Shown here piece after piece: positions 31,898 through 42,238 of a stretch of DNA of 64,000 bases (position 1 is its first letter; every line of letters begins with the position of its first letter). The notes beneath the pieces are model-generated. The model was not told the origin of the DNA. It saw only the letters and a list, made by a program, of their open reading frames with translations, and searched no databases. Both the position numbers and the translations under genes were made by a program. The DNA is from Minisyncoccia bacterium. Lineage in GTDB: Bacteria; Patescibacteriota; Minisyncoccia; Phycocordibacterales; UBA9973. The stretch is taken from assembly GCA_049287045.1 (NCBI GenBank), contig JBAQFC010000008.1, positions 22,198 to 86,197 on the forward strand, read 5' to 3'.

Positions 31898-32428
31898 TTA
31901 CAGAGACATCAGCTTTTTGTAAAGCTCGAGGGTTGCGCGTATATCTGATAGCGCAGAATGTTCATGTTCATTTTTTATATCGAAATATGCACACAATTCA
32001 TGCAGTGACAACTTCTCAATATCCTCACGGTCATGCAATTTTGCATAAGCAATTGATATGGTATCGAGTAAATGAAAATGAAAAAATTTCTTTTTTGTTT
32101 TCGTTTCAAAAAAAGCTTTATCTAAAAATGCAGCATCAAAAGAAATATTATGTCCTATCATTGTTGAATCTTCTGTTTTATCGGCGAGTATTTTTATTGC
32201 TTCTTTCAAGGTGATAGCCTCTTCCCATTTTTCTTCATCGTAATGAACTATTTTTAGAGACACAGGATCAGCCGTCTCAATGTGTATTGGTTTTATTTTT
32301 AATGCGAACTCTTCTAGAATTTCAAAAGTTGGGCTCACAACAATACAACCAATCTCGATGATCTCATGCTGCATCAAGTTGAGGCCTGTAGTTTCTATAT
32401 CTATAAATGCTAAATTATGTTTTTTCAT
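31898..32428 (-). CDS. DEDD 3'-5' exonuclease (DnaQ/epsilon-like)
   Basis: Exo I FIDIETTGL, Exo II (HNISFDAAFL), Exo III (HSALSD). Confidence 0.7.
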   Translation of the reverse strand: MKKHNLAFIDIETTGLNLMQHEIIEIGCIVVSPTFEILEEFALKIKPIHIETADPVSLKIVHYDEEKWEEAITLKEAIKILADKTEDSTMIGHNISFDAAFLDKAFFETKTKKKFFHFHLLDTISIAYAKLHDREDIEKLSLHELCAYFDIKNEHEHSALSDIRATLELYKKLMSL

Positions 32429-32449
32429 AATGTTTAAATAAATTTGTTT

Positions 32450-33394
32450 CTATTTTAAATATCTAGCTATATTTTTTTTGTGTTCTGTAAAAGTGACAGC
32501 ATAATGAATCACACCATTTTTATCATGTAGATAAAAAAGATAAGGTGAATTTTCTGGTTTTAATGCAGCATTAATAGCTTCAATACCTGGATTCGATATA
32601 GGATTCTCAGGTAATCCCTTTGTTTTATATGTGACGGGTACAGCATCCACCTGGAGCATCATTCCTTTACTCAATCTATTCCAAAGAATACCAGAGATAA
32701 CACCTCGATCTGCATCTCCTTTTGCTTCACGTTCTACAATAGATGCCATAATAATAATGTCTTTTTCACTTTTACCAGATAAATTAATTTCAGATTGGAT
32801 TGGTTTAATTTTTTTACTAAAATTATCACTCATAGCCTTTAATACATCTTCTTCGTTTGCAGTAGTAAAGAAAAAATATGTATCAGGGAAAAGATACCCT
32901 TCTTTTTTTTGTGCTTCTAATAAAAATTTTTCTTTATTAAAATTTAATAATTTAGTAGACATGATATTTGAAATATCAGAAATATTAAATCCTTCTGGTA
33001 TAGTAATTTTTACAGGAAGTAAATGATGATCCCCATATGAGACTCTTCTAGCTACTTCAAAAACAAGGGACTTATTTTCAAAAAGATAATCTCCGGGTAC
33101 TATATGTTTTTCACCTCCATAAATAATGACGAAAGTTTCAAAAGCAACTCTAGATTTTATTATATGTTTTATTTCCAAATCTTTAGAAATACTTCTGAGA
33201 CTTGTTCCTTGTTCTATATTTATTATTTGCCCAACTGGAAAATTATTTGGTGCACTTAAAAATAAAAAATAGAAAATAATTACAATAACAAATATTCCGA
33301 TAGAACCAAAAAGAACTATCTTTAAGTAAGAATTTTGTTTAAAATTACTACCTAATTTATAGGCTGAATTATCTAAAGAAGGAATATTATCCAT
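32450..33394 (-). CDS. mltG: endolytic murein transglycosylase MltG (YceG-like)
   Basis: N-terminal TM, the YceG hallmark EGYLFPDTY, and a C-terminal catalytic region. Confidence 0.8.
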   Translation of the reverse strand: MDNIPSLDNSAYKLGSNFKQNSYLKIVLFGSIGIFVIVIIFYFLFLSAPNNFPVGQIINIEQGTSLRSISKDLEIKHIIKSRVAFETFVIIYGGEKHIVPGDYLFENKSLVFEVARRVSYGDHHLLPVKITIPEGFNISDISNIMSTKLLNFNKEKFLLEAQKKEGYLFPDTYFFFTTANEEDVLKAMSDNFSKKIKPIQSEINLSGKSEKDIIIMASIVEREAKGDADRGVISGILWNRLSKGMMLQVDAVPVTYKTKGLPENPISNPGIEAINAALKPENSPYLFYLHDKNGVIHYAVTFTEHKKNIARYLK

Positions 33395-33397
33395 AAA

Positions 33398-34651
33398 TTA
33401 TATAGGCAGATTAGAAGGAGGAGCTGCCTCTTTTGATTCAATACGTTCAAGAGTAGGAACCTGTAATATCTGACCTGGAAAATGAAAAATAGTAGCCAAC
33501 TCTTCAGTGTTAAGAACCGAAATATTTGGATGACTATATTTTGGAAAAAATAATGAAACAGGAAAAGGAATTGGAATATGGTGTATAAGAGGTGGGTAAA
33601 AGAAAGCTCTCTCTCTGTACTCTTCAAGCATTCTGTCTTTAAATCTAAAAAGAGAAGTAGAAGTGTATTGCCAAAAATGACTGAAACTTGTTGTATTCAC
33701 TCTCTTAAAACTATTCAAGGATGCTGACTCATACTGGCGGAAAATTAAACGAAGATTACGCTTGGTATTGTTTTGAAAATTTTCTTTCTTTGCCACATAA
33801 CAAACTCTTATTCCTGTATCGAACCCAACCTTGGCGCTTTTTTTGGTCATACCTTCCAAGACAGGATCCAACCATTTTGGTAATAATTTAAATGAAGATT
33901 CACCCTCTCCTTTTGTATATTTTTCGGTAAGCTCTTTCATTACATGTTCTGATTCTTCAAGCCATCCATGATGTTTTGATCTTGTGCCATGAGTATGAAA
34001 TTTTTTTTGTGAAGGTGCTATAACTATTTGCATCCATACTTGTTCACCTTTTTCGATTGAACCAAAAAGTTCTATAACCGGAGAAATCGGATCAACCTTG
34101 AATTCTTCTTTAGGGTCTTTATCTAATCCAAAATCAACATAAGTTTTAATAGGATATGCATCAGGTTTTGCTAAAGTAAATTCACACCCCCAAAGATCCC
34201 ATCCGCTCTGAGGTGATATTTTATTAACAGCTAAAGTATAATCCTCTGCTACTTTTACTTGTGCTTGAGGATACTGCGCATACAATTGAGTCTCGATTAA
34301 ACTCTTCATTCGGGATGGAGCTCGAAGATAAAAATGAACCTGACCTCCAATAGAAACAATCTCAAGTGAAAACCACAACTGAACTGCTCCAAGCCAGTAT
34401 GTTTCAAGAAATCCTTTATTACTTAAAGAATAAAGTCCGTTAGTAAAAAATAATTCCATTGCCTTAGGTGATCTTAAAACATCTCGTGGAGGAACTATTT
34501 CAAGCAGAACCCAATCAATACCAGCAATGAAATCATGTTCTACATAGTGATGCCAAAAAAGCCATGCAAAATGAGCAAGGAGTGCGAACCCAACAAAGGG
34601 CCAAACTGCGGAAAAAATATACGAAGAAAAATAAACTATTGAATCAACCAT
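33398..34651 (-). CDS. hypothetical membrane protein
   Basis: 417 aa with two N-terminal TM helices and a Trp-rich soluble domain; no family assigned. Confidence 0.4.
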   Translation of the reverse strand: MVDSIVYFSSYIFSAVWPFVGFALLAHFAWLFWHHYVEHDFIAGIDWVLLEIVPPRDVLRSPKAMELFFTNGLYSLSNKGFLETYWLGAVQLWFSLEIVSIGGQVHFYLRAPSRMKSLIETQLYAQYPQAQVKVAEDYTLAVNKISPQSGWDLWGCEFTLAKPDAYPIKTYVDFGLDKDPKEEFKVDPISPVIELFGSIEKGEQVWMQIVIAPSQKKFHTHGTRSKHHGWLEESEHVMKELTEKYTKGEGESSFKLLPKWLDPVLEGMTKKSAKVGFDTGIRVCYVAKKENFQNNTKRNLRLIFRQYESASLNSFKRVNTTSFSHFWQYTSTSLFRFKDRMLEEYRERAFFYPPLIHHIPIPFPVSLFFPKYSHPNISVLNTEELATIFHFPGQILQVPTLERIESKEAAPPSNLPI

Positions 34652-34845
34652 TAGTTATATTTTAATACATAAGTGAGACAAATCAAAATAAATTGGGGAT
34701 AGATTATTACTATTGAACCTGAGATGAATCAATTTCTGAGTTAGAACCTTGTTGCACAGAAAAAAAACCTAAAAGTACCAGGATAACTAGAACACCAATT
34801 AAAATTAAAATAATGTGAGCGATACCCTTATTGTACATAATAAGA

Positions 34846-35874
34846 TTAAGCTAAAGTATAAAGTCCGTTTTTGTTCTTCTTAAAGTATTTTGGATTCTGT
34901 AGATTTACTAAAATAGTATTCTTTTTAAAATATCTTTCTTTCATTACTCTTTCTACTACATCTTCTTTTGAAAGTGGTCCTTCTCTTTTTAGAATGTCAC
35001 GGATAACTTCACGAGCGATTCCTGTCTTGTAGCCCCATTCTGCAAGAGCGTACATTCCACGTCCAACAAGGACAAAGCGAGGGTCTTTGATAAGTTCATT
35101 GTGACAAGTTGCATAGTGTGTCTTTCTTCCAAAAGTTTTAGAAATAGAATCAGCAACTTCACGGAAGTGCATAGGATTACCATGTTTTCTCATTACTAAA
35201 AAGGCATAGTCTTTTACTCCACGAGTGTGAATATTTGGTGATGTTGATTTACCCCATTCTCCAAGAGGATTCTTTGATATAGTTTTAGAAATTGTCAGCC
35301 ATCTCTTAGCCATCTCTTCATTTTTGAACTGTTCAGAAACATCTTTCATTTGATCAAAAAACTTTTTAATCATTTCAGTTTCAGGAACAAGATCTGCATC
35401 ACTCAAACTTGAATAAAGTTTTTTTAGAGAATCATGAACTTTAGAAGCCATATCATCATCAATACTCCAACGTGTTTGGAAATGATCGTCTTCACGATGT
35501 TTCTTGAAGGAATCACCTAAAACCATATAAAAATGAATGTGGTTCTGAGTAGCTTTATCTTTTGATATTGAAGGCAAAAATTCATGTTCAGCGACAATTG
35601 AACCAAGAGAATGTATCAATTGTTTTATCTCATCAAAAGTAACCTGTTCTGCTTTATAAGCATCAGATTTCTTGATTGAAGCCAAAGCGGCATCTTCAAT
35701 CTGTCGAACACGTTCTCGTGTGATACTGTATTTCTTACCGATTTCTTCTAGAGTTTTACGTTGAGCATCAGCAGTCAAACCAAAACGATTCATGATAACA
35801 TCGCTCGCACGATCCTGAAGATGTGAAGTTATTTTCTTTGTTACTTGTTTTGGTTTAAATGATATTGTTGACAT
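34846..35874 (-). CDS. DNA-binding protein with N-terminal sigma-70 region-4-like HTH and C-terminal HARE-HTH domain
   Basis: SITRERVRQIEDAAL is the sigma r4 motif. The C-terminus FREVADSI...IKDPRFVLVGRGMYALAEWGY matches the HARE-HTH pattern seen in the RNAP delta subunit. Confidence 0.5.
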   Translation of the reverse strand: MSTISFKPKQVTKKITSHLQDRASDVIMNRFGLTADAQRKTLEEIGKKYSITRERVRQIEDAALASIKKSDAYKAEQVTFDEIKQLIHSLGSIVAEHEFLPSISKDKATQNHIHFYMVLGDSFKKHREDDHFQTRWSIDDDMASKVHDSLKKLYSSLSDADLVPETEMIKKFFDQMKDVSEQFKNEEMAKRWLTISKTISKNPLGEWGKSTSPNIHTRGVKDYAFLVMRKHGNPMHFREVADSISKTFGRKTHYATCHNELIKDPRFVLVGRGMYALAEWGYKTGIAREVIRDILKREGPLSKEDVVERVMKERYFKKNTILVNLQNPKYFKKNKNGLYTLA

Positions 35875-35924
35875 AATCTTTAAAAATAATTTTTAATAAT
35901 AAATAGTATTTTGGTTACATATAC

Positions 35925-35951
35925 ATATTACACTCATTTTTAACAATGTCA
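35925..35951 (-). promoter_or_regulatory. sigma-70-like promoter (TTGACA-16-TAATAT) for the sigma-r4/HARE-HTH gene
   Basis: Minus strand ttatgtcaaggtaaaatTTGACAttgttaaaaatgagtgTAATAT. The -35 lies in an atgtcaa...ttgacat palindrome. Confidence 0.35.
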
Positions 35952-35980
35952 AATTTTACCTTGACATAAATGCAATATTT

Positions 35981-37786
35981 TTACTTTCGTAAAGCTTTGA
36001 TACGGTCTTGTTCTGTAAGGTACTTCTTGCGTAGTCTGACTGATTTTGGTGTTATTTCTAAGTACTCATCTGAATTCATAACTTCAAGAGCTCGTTCGAT
36101 GGTCAAAGTATAAACAGGCTTAAGGAATAAGGCTTCATCGGTACCAGAAGCACGCATATTTGTAAGCTGCTTACCTTTTGTAGGATTCACTGCCATATCT
36201 TCCCCTTTTAATACGTTACCAACAACCATTCCTTCGTAAACCTCAGTTCCGTGTTCAATAAAGAGAACTCCACGATCCTGCAAGTTTGCTAGAGAGAAAG
36301 CAACTGCTTTACCAGCAACCATAGAGGTCATAGCACCGTATTCTCGTCTCTTGATTTCTCCTGCATAGTCCTGGAATCCTGTTACTCGTGAGGACATAAT
36401 ACCCTCACCTTTTGTGTCCACAGTAAATTCTCCACGGTAACCCAAAAGTCCACGTGTAGGAATATCGAAAACGATTCTCGCAATACCTTCCTTTTCAGTC
36501 ATATCTTTCATGATACCGCGGCGCTTTCCCATCTTTTCAATAACAACACCGGAAGATTCCATAGGGACATCAACAACCAATTCTTCGTAAGGTTCTGTCT
36601 TTTTACCATTCACTTCTTTGATGATAACCTCGGGCTGAGATACCTGCATTTCGAATCCTTCTCGGCGCATGTATTCCAAAAGAATCGCAACGTGTAACTC
36701 ACCTCTTCCATAAATTTTAAAGAAACTAGGACCTGATTTTATTTCACCTTGATCGGGAGAAAAATCTACTTTAAGACCAACGTTAATTTCAAGTTCTTTT
36801 TCAAGTCTTTCTTTGATCTGTCTTGAAGTAACAAATTTTCCTTCTTTACCTGCGAATGGAGAATCGTTCACTAAAAGGTTCAAGGAAATTGTAGGCTCAT
36901 CAATAGCAATGTGTGGTAAAGGTTCTACACTTTCATCTCCACAAATTGTCTCACCGATATAAATATCAGGAATACCAGCAAGAAGCACGATATCACCTGA
37001 TGTCGCTTCTGTGACATCTTTTCTACTAATACCTTCAAAGGTAAATAATTTTGTAATTCTTGCTGGTCTTGTACCATTTTCTCCTTTAACAAAGAGCTGA
37101 CTATTTGGAGTTATTTTTCCGGAATAAATTCTAGCGACAGCCATTCTACCTAAAAAGTTATCATAACCAAGGTTGAAAACCTGTGCAGACATTTTTGCAT
37201 CTTCATTTACAGATGCTGCTGGAACTTTTTCTAAAATAAGATCTAGAAGTGGAGACAAATCTTTAGATTCATCATTAAGATGTCTCTTTGCTAAACCTTG
37301 ACGGCCGATAGCATAAATAGTTTCAAAGTTTGCTTGTTCATCAGTTGCACCAAGTTCAAAAAACAAACCAAGAACTTCTTCGTGTACACGATTTGGATCT
37401 GCAGCGGGCTTGTCGATCTTATTAATAACGACGATAGGTTTAAGTCCTAACTCTAGAGACTTCTTTAAAACGAATCGAGTCTGAGGCATAGGTCCTTCAA
37501 CAGCATCCACCAAAAGAAGCACGGAATCAATCGCACGCAAAACACGCTCGACTTCAGAACCGAAGTCAGCGTGTCCAGGAGTATCAACAATGTTGATCTT
37601 TGTACCTTTATAATTAATAGAAGTATTTTTAGAATAAATAGTAATACCACGCTCTTTTTCAATAGCGTTTGAGTCCATGGTCAATCCTTCATCTTGAAGG
37701 CCTCCATTTTGTTTCATTAGGGCGTCGGTCAAGGTAGTCTTGCCGTGGTCAACGTGTGCGATAATTGCGATGTTTCTGATTTCCAT
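35981..37786 (-). CDS. typA: translational GTPase TypA/BipA
   Basis: G1-G5 motifs ([18 protein letters not shown]); 601 aa; TypA-specific C-terminus. Confidence 0.9.
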   Translation of the reverse strand: MEIRNIAIIAHVDHGKTTLTDALMKQNGGLQDEGLTMDSNAIEKERGITIYSKNTSINYKGTKINIVDTPGHADFGSEVERVLRAIDSVLLLVDAVEGPMPQTRFVLKKSLELGLKPIVVINKIDKPAADPNRVHEEVLGLFFELGATDEQANFETIYAIGRQGLAKRHLNDESKDLSPLLDLILEKVPAASVNEDAKMSAQVFNLGYDNFLGRMAVARIYSGKITPNSQLFVKGENGTRPARITKLFTFEGISRKDVTEATSGDIVLLAGIPDIYIGETICGDESVEPLPHIAIDEPTISLNLLVNDSPFAGKEGKFVTSRQIKERLEKELEINVGLKVDFSPDQGEIKSGPSFFKIYGRGELHVAILLEYMRREGFEMQVSQPEVIIKEVNGKKTEPYEELVVDVPMESSGVVIEKMGKRRGIMKDMTEKEGIARIVFDIPTRGLLGYRGEFTVDTKGEGIMSSRVTGFQDYAGEIKRREYGAMTSMVAGKAVAFSLANLQDRGVLFIEHGTEVYEGMVVGNVLKGEDMAVNPTKGKQLTNMRASGTDEALFLKPVYTLTIERALEVMNSDEYLEITPKSVRLRKKYLTEQDRIKALRK

Positions 37787-37918
37787 TTTGTGTATTTTTT
37801 ATAATAATAATATTGCCTCATCGGCAATCCACCGTAGAGGCGGAATAAAACAAAAAAGCCCGAGGGCTTCATTTGAATAAATCTATAATAGCATAGTTTT
37901 TCTAAAACAGCAAATAAA

Positions 37919-37946
37919 AAACACCACATAATATCGTGGTGTTTTT
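37919..37946. terminator. Rho-independent terminator after the 550-aa secreted protein gene
   Basis: acaccac-ataatatc-gtggtgt followed by a T-run. A second hairpin, aagcccgagggctt, lies at 37852-37868. Confidence 0.5.
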
Positions 37947-37968
37947 TATTTGCTGAAAGCTTTAAAAA

Positions 37969-39621
37969 TTAATTTATATTAATAGTATTACCCAAAATTG
38001 TAGGTCCAAAACTTAACGCATTACCATTAGAATTATCAATAGCAGTAAAATTAGTAAGTTGTATCAGAACATCCCTGCCTGCAGATGTAGATGACAAATC
38101 ACCTTTAATGGTTAGTGGTATTGTTTGTCCAGCAAGAATAGTGACAGCATCATTTATACCTGTATTTATATTAACCACAACAGATGGTGAAGATACCACA
38201 GACCCTAATTGAATTGAAGAGTTGTATGCAGATACATTAGTAAGACCGTCAGAAATAGATCCTGAAATATTCAGACTTACACCCGTCAATTTTACATCAC
38301 AAGAAGATGAAGCAGTCAGATTAAAGATTGCTAAATTTGCTGCAACGGTTCCAGCTTGAATATAACCACTAGGAGAATTATTTGCTTTAGCCACAGAAAG
38401 ACCACAAGCAGTAGAAGAAGTAGAACTCGAATTTATTGTAAATAGATTATTTGATTGACCATAAATCACATTAGTACCAGAACCCCAATTACCACTAGGC
38501 TGAAGATAATGAACTGTAAGATATATATTAAAGTTTTTTCCATAACCATAAATAGAATTTCCTAGTGGAGGTAATGTAAATAATTCTATCCCATCATCAG
38601 CAGTTGTCCCTACTAATTGAGTGGTAATTTTATTCTGAGGTGTAAGAGGTGAAATAGCTCCAATTGTTCCTGTGCCATTGGGATTATTAAGCTGTGCAGT
38701 GATAGCACTACCATTTGGTAAATTACAACTCGTCCATTTAACCATCATTTGTTGACCTGCTGTATATGTCTCTCCACCGTAAGGTGAAAGGACTGTTATG
38801 CTTGGTGATGAAGTTGAAGTACAACCAACTGTTGTCTGAACAGGAGCAGCAGTAGGAAGCGGAACAGGAAGTTGAGAAGAAGTAAGAACAGGGGTGGTTG
38901 TAACTGGAACAGGAGTAGCTGTGGTTGCAGTAGTAGGTGAAACATAATTAGTTGGATATACGTTTGGAACTTCAGGAGTCATAGTTGTAGTTAATTGTAT
39001 TGTACTAGTAGTACATGGCAATCCTGTCATTGAACTAAATTTATGACCCAGTAAACAACCGTCATTATATTTTTGATCATTCATTTTTGTACCAGAAGCA
39101 TTAAAAGATGTAGTTGTGGGCATCGCTTGTGTTGTCATTACAGGTACAGCCATTGCTTTTGGAACTGTTTGTGGAATATTTGATGTTGGTGTTGTTGGTG
39201 CAGGAGCAGGAGCAGTAGCAGTGGTTGTGGAAGTTGGTTGCTGAATTGTACTAACAGGTGTTGTAGTTGTGTTGTCTGTATTTACACAATCAATTTCTTT
39301 TATCTTTGCAATAGTAAAAGAACCGACATATCCTGTAGGACTTATACCATTTGATTTTTGAAAAGTCTTAACAGCTTTCAAAGTCGCATTACCAAAATAG
39401 CCACTAGCGGTAGCAGTTAAAAACTTATTAGTATTAAGAAAATCTTGTAAAAGAGAGACGTCATCGTTAGTATTAACATCTCTACTACCTAAACGTAGGT
39501 TGTGAGTAATAACAGCGCAATTAGAATTACCTAATGGATCAACATCTGTTTGTTGAGCAAGAGATAAACTTGGAATAATAAAAAAACCAACTAGAAACAA
39601 AATTCCTATATATTTTTTCAT
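37969..39621 (-). CDS. secreted cell-surface protein with peptidoglycan-binding (PG_binding_1-like) domain and Thr/Pro-rich linkers
   Basis: Signal peptide; the segment GSRDVNTNDDVSLLQDFLN...LKAVKTFQKSNGISPTGYVG resembles the PG_binding_1 fold; long T/P/A low-complexity; beta-rich C-terminus. Confidence 0.5.
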   Translation of the reverse strand: MKKYIGILFLVGFFIIPSLSLAQQTDVDPLGNSNCAVITHNLRLGSRDVNTNDDVSLLQDFLNTNKFLTATASGYFGNATLKAVKTFQKSNGISPTGYVGSFTIAKIKEIDCVNTDNTTTTPVSTIQQPTSTTTATAPAPAPTTPTSNIPQTVPKAMAVPVMTTQAMPTTTSFNASGTKMNDQKYNDGCLLGHKFSSMTGLPCTTSTIQLTTTMTPEVPNVYPTNYVSPTTATTATPVPVTTTPVLTSSQLPVPLPTAAPVQTTVGCTSTSSPSITVLSPYGGETYTAGQQMMVKWTSCNLPNGSAITAQLNNPNGTGTIGAISPLTPQNKITTQLVGTTADDGIELFTLPPLGNSIYGYGKNFNIYLTVHYLQPSGNWGSGTNVIYGQSNNLFTINSSSTSSTACGLSVAKANNSPSGYIQAGTVAANLAIFNLTASSSCDVKLTGVSLNISGSISDGLTNVSAYNSSIQLGSVVSSPSVVVNINTGINDAVTILAGQTIPLTIKGDLSSTSAGRDVLIQLTNFTAIDNSNGNALSFGPTILGNTININ

Positions 39622-39661
39622 ACTATAAGTATATCACAACACAAAATAAGCTGGTATACTA

Positions 39662-39688
39662 GTTTGCGGAAGTCCGACTTCCGCAAAC
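39662..39688. repeat. 27-nt palindrome gtttgcggaagtccgacttccgcaaac (copy 2; also a likely terminator)
   Basis: 13-bp perfect stem abutting the znuB-like stop; near-identical to the element at 30863-30887. Confidence 0.5.
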
Positions 39689-40491
39689 TATTGACCTCTT
39701 TTAAAGAAGAAAACAATAGCGAAAATAGAAAGCATTAGTAAGACTATTGTCCCACCGGTAGAAAGATTTAAATAAAAAGAAAAAATGATTCCGGAAATTA
39801 CAGAGAAAATAGAGATAATTTCTGCATAGATGATTGTCTGTATAAAACTTTTACGTAGTTGTAATGCTGTGACCACTGGAACAACTATCAAAGCAGCAAT
39901 TAATAAAACACCTACGATTGGCATTGCAAGAGACACTGTTAGGGCTGTAAGAAAAATAAGGGTTGTATTAATAAAACGAACTGGTACACCACTAACCTTC
40001 GCGGCTTCTTCATCGAAGGTCACATATACAAGTTCTTTATAGAAAGTAAATAAAGTAATGACAACTACAATAGCTAAAAGGCTAATCATAAATACATCGT
40101 TTGCTGTAACAGTGACAATACTTCCAAATAAATAATTAAAAAGATTCGCATTCAAACCATTAGAAAGACTGAGTAAAACAATAGCCAACGCCAAACTACC
40201 AGACATAAATAAAGCTAAAGATGATTCACCATAAACTTTTTTAGAAGTACGAAGACGTTCGATTCCAAATGAAGCTAAAACAGTCGAACCCAAAGCAGTT
40301 ACCATCGGATTCAAGCCAAGAAGTAATCCGATTGAGATACCTGCCAGAGACACGTGAGAAAGAGTATCAGCAATAAGAGAGTATCTTCTAAGAACAAGAA
40401 AAATACCTATCAATGGAGCAATAATAGCCACGACTATTCCAGCTTCCAATCCCCTGACCACAAAACCATATTGTAAAATATTTTCTAACAT
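39688..40491 (-). CDS. metal (Zn/Mn) ABC transporter permease
   Basis: ZnuB/TroC-like 8-TM permease. Confidence 0.7.
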   Translation of the reverse strand: MLENILQYGFVVRGLEAGIVVAIIAPLIGIFLVLRRYSLIADTLSHVSLAGISIGLLLGLNPMVTALGSTVLASFGIERLRTSKKVYGESSLALFMSGSLALAIVLLSLSNGLNANLFNYLFGSIVTVTANDVFMISLLAIVVVITLFTFYKELVYVTFDEEAAKVSGVPVRFINTTLIFLTALTVSLAMPIVGVLLIAALIVVPVVTALQLRKSFIQTIIYAEIISIFSVISGIIFSFYLNLSTGGTIVLLMLSIFAIVFFFKRGQ

Positions 40492-40509
40492 TTTTTTATA
40501 TTATTTTTA

Positions 40510-41283
40510 TTAATTATTATGGTGATGCGAAGTGATAATTTTTACTGGTAACCCAGAAATATTTACTGCGTGACTTTCTTCTATATATTCCTCTGGAGAC
40601 ATGTGACAAACCAGAGTTTTATCTATACAAGCAATATGCATTACTTCTTTAGTAATCTTTTCTATATCATGAGAAACAAGAACTAATGTCAAAGAAAATT
40701 CCTGGTTTAATTTTCTAAGTAAACTAAAAAATTCATTTTGAGTTTTTTCATCTACACCAGAGGTAGGCTCATCCAAAAAAATAATTTCTGGTTCAGAAAC
40801 AAGAGCTCGTGCGATAAAAACACGCTGTTGTTGTCCACCAGAAAGATCTCCAATAAGTCGATCTTTATATTCCCACATATCAACTTGTTTTAAAGATTTT
40901 TCAACCAAGACTAAATCTTTTTCTGTTACTCTACGAAAAAGTCCAACACGAGCATATCTGCCCATTAACACTACTTCTTTTACTGTTGCAGGAAAATTTA
41001 TGTCAAAACTGGTCGCCTTTTGTGGTACATAACCTATTTTTTGCCAATCTTTAAAATTCTTAATATCCTGTCCAAATAATTTAACAGAACCACTACCAGC
41101 AACAAGAAGTCCTAGCATTATTTTTAATAAGGTTGTTTTACCCGCTCCGTTTGGTCCTATCATTCCTAAATAATCACCTTGATGTACATCAAAAGAAATA
41201 TCTCGAATAACCTCTTCTTTATTATAAGAAAAGAAAATATTTTTTACTTCTATAATATTTTTTGTATGATCTACTGTTTGCAT
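40510..41283 (-). CDS. metal ABC transporter ATP-binding protein
   Basis: Walker A GPNGAGKTT, signature LSGGQQQR, Walker B IFLDEP. Confidence 0.75.
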   Translation of the reverse strand: MQTVDHTKNIIEVKNIFFSYNKEEVIRDISFDVHQGDYLGMIGPNGAGKTTLLKIMLGLLVAGSGSVKLFGQDIKNFKDWQKIGYVPQKATSFDINFPATVKEVVLMGRYARVGLFRRVTEKDLVLVEKSLKQVDMWEYKDRLIGDLSGGQQQRVFIARALVSEPEIIFLDEPTSGVDEKTQNEFFSLLRKLNQEFSLTLVLVSHDIEKITKEVMHIACIDKTLVCHMSPEEYIEESHAVNISGLPVKIITSHHHNN

Positions 41284-42194
41284 TGTAATGCTATTTCTAA
41301 ATTTAATAAATTATTCTGCATTTCAGAAAAATAATCTTTGCCTTGTGTTACCTCGTCCGCAGTCAGACCTTCAAGTGGATTCAAAACCAGCGTCTGTGCA
41401 CCAATCTCATTTGCTATTGTCTCTGATAACTTTGGACTAACAAGACTCTCAAAAAATATAAATTTAACATTATTAAGTTTAGCAAATTTTACGATATCTA
41501 CCAATTGCTTAGTAGAAGGTTCCGCATCAGGTGACAATCCTGCGATTGATACTTGATTAAAACCATAAGTTGCAGCTAAATATCCAAAAGCAGTATGAGA
41601 TGTAATAATATTTTTTCCTACGCAGTTACTTAAACCTTGCTTGTAAGACAAACTAAGGTTACTCAATCTTTCTTTTAAAATATCTGCATTAGCAAGATAG
41701 TAATCTTTATTTACAAAATCAACCGATATAAAACCTTCTGTTATTTTATCCACTATTTTTATTGATACTTCTGGTGAAAGCCAAATATGTGGATCAATAC
41801 TTTCTTTTCCATTTTCTGTTATTTGTCTATTTAATAAACCATCTCCTACTGTTAGTATTTTTGTATGTTCGGGGTTTATATTTATTTCAACATTTTTACC
41901 CCAAGATTCCAAACCACCACCATTTAAAATCAATAAACTACTATTTTCTATTTTGGCCATATCTTGAGCTTTTGGTTCATAATCATGTGGTTCAATACCA
42001 GCAGGAGTAATATTTATTACTTGAGCTTTGTCTCCACCGATTTGGCTCGCAAAAAAATACAAAGGATAAAAACTGGCTACTACTTGTAATTTGTTGGATT
42101 GAGCTGGTGTTTGTTTTTGAATGCGGAATAAAAAGACCAGAAACAAAACAATAGAAATTATTAGAATGAAACCGATAATATATCTTTTATTCAT
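41271..42194 (-). CDS. metal ABC transporter substrate-binding protein (ZnuA/TroA family)
   Basis: Cluster 9 SBP fold with His/Glu metal ligands (EPHDYEP, HIW). Confidence 0.7.
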   Translation of the reverse strand: MNKRYIIGFILIISIVLFLVFLFRIQKQTPAQSNKLQVVASFYPLYFFASQIGGDKAQVINITPAGIEPHDYEPKAQDMAKIENSSLLILNGGGLESWGKNVEININPEHTKILTVGDGLLNRQITENGKESIDPHIWLSPEVSIKIVDKITEGFISVDFVNKDYYLANADILKERLSNLSLSYKQGLSNCVGKNIITSHTAFGYLAATYGFNQVSIAGLSPDAEPSTKQLVDIVKFAKLNNVKFIFFESLVSPKLSETIANEIGAQTLVLNPLEGLTADEVTQGKDYFSEMQNNLLNLEIALQCKQ

Positions 42195-42238
42195 AACATA
42201 CTTAATTTATCATCTTAAACCAATAAAGCAAACAACTC

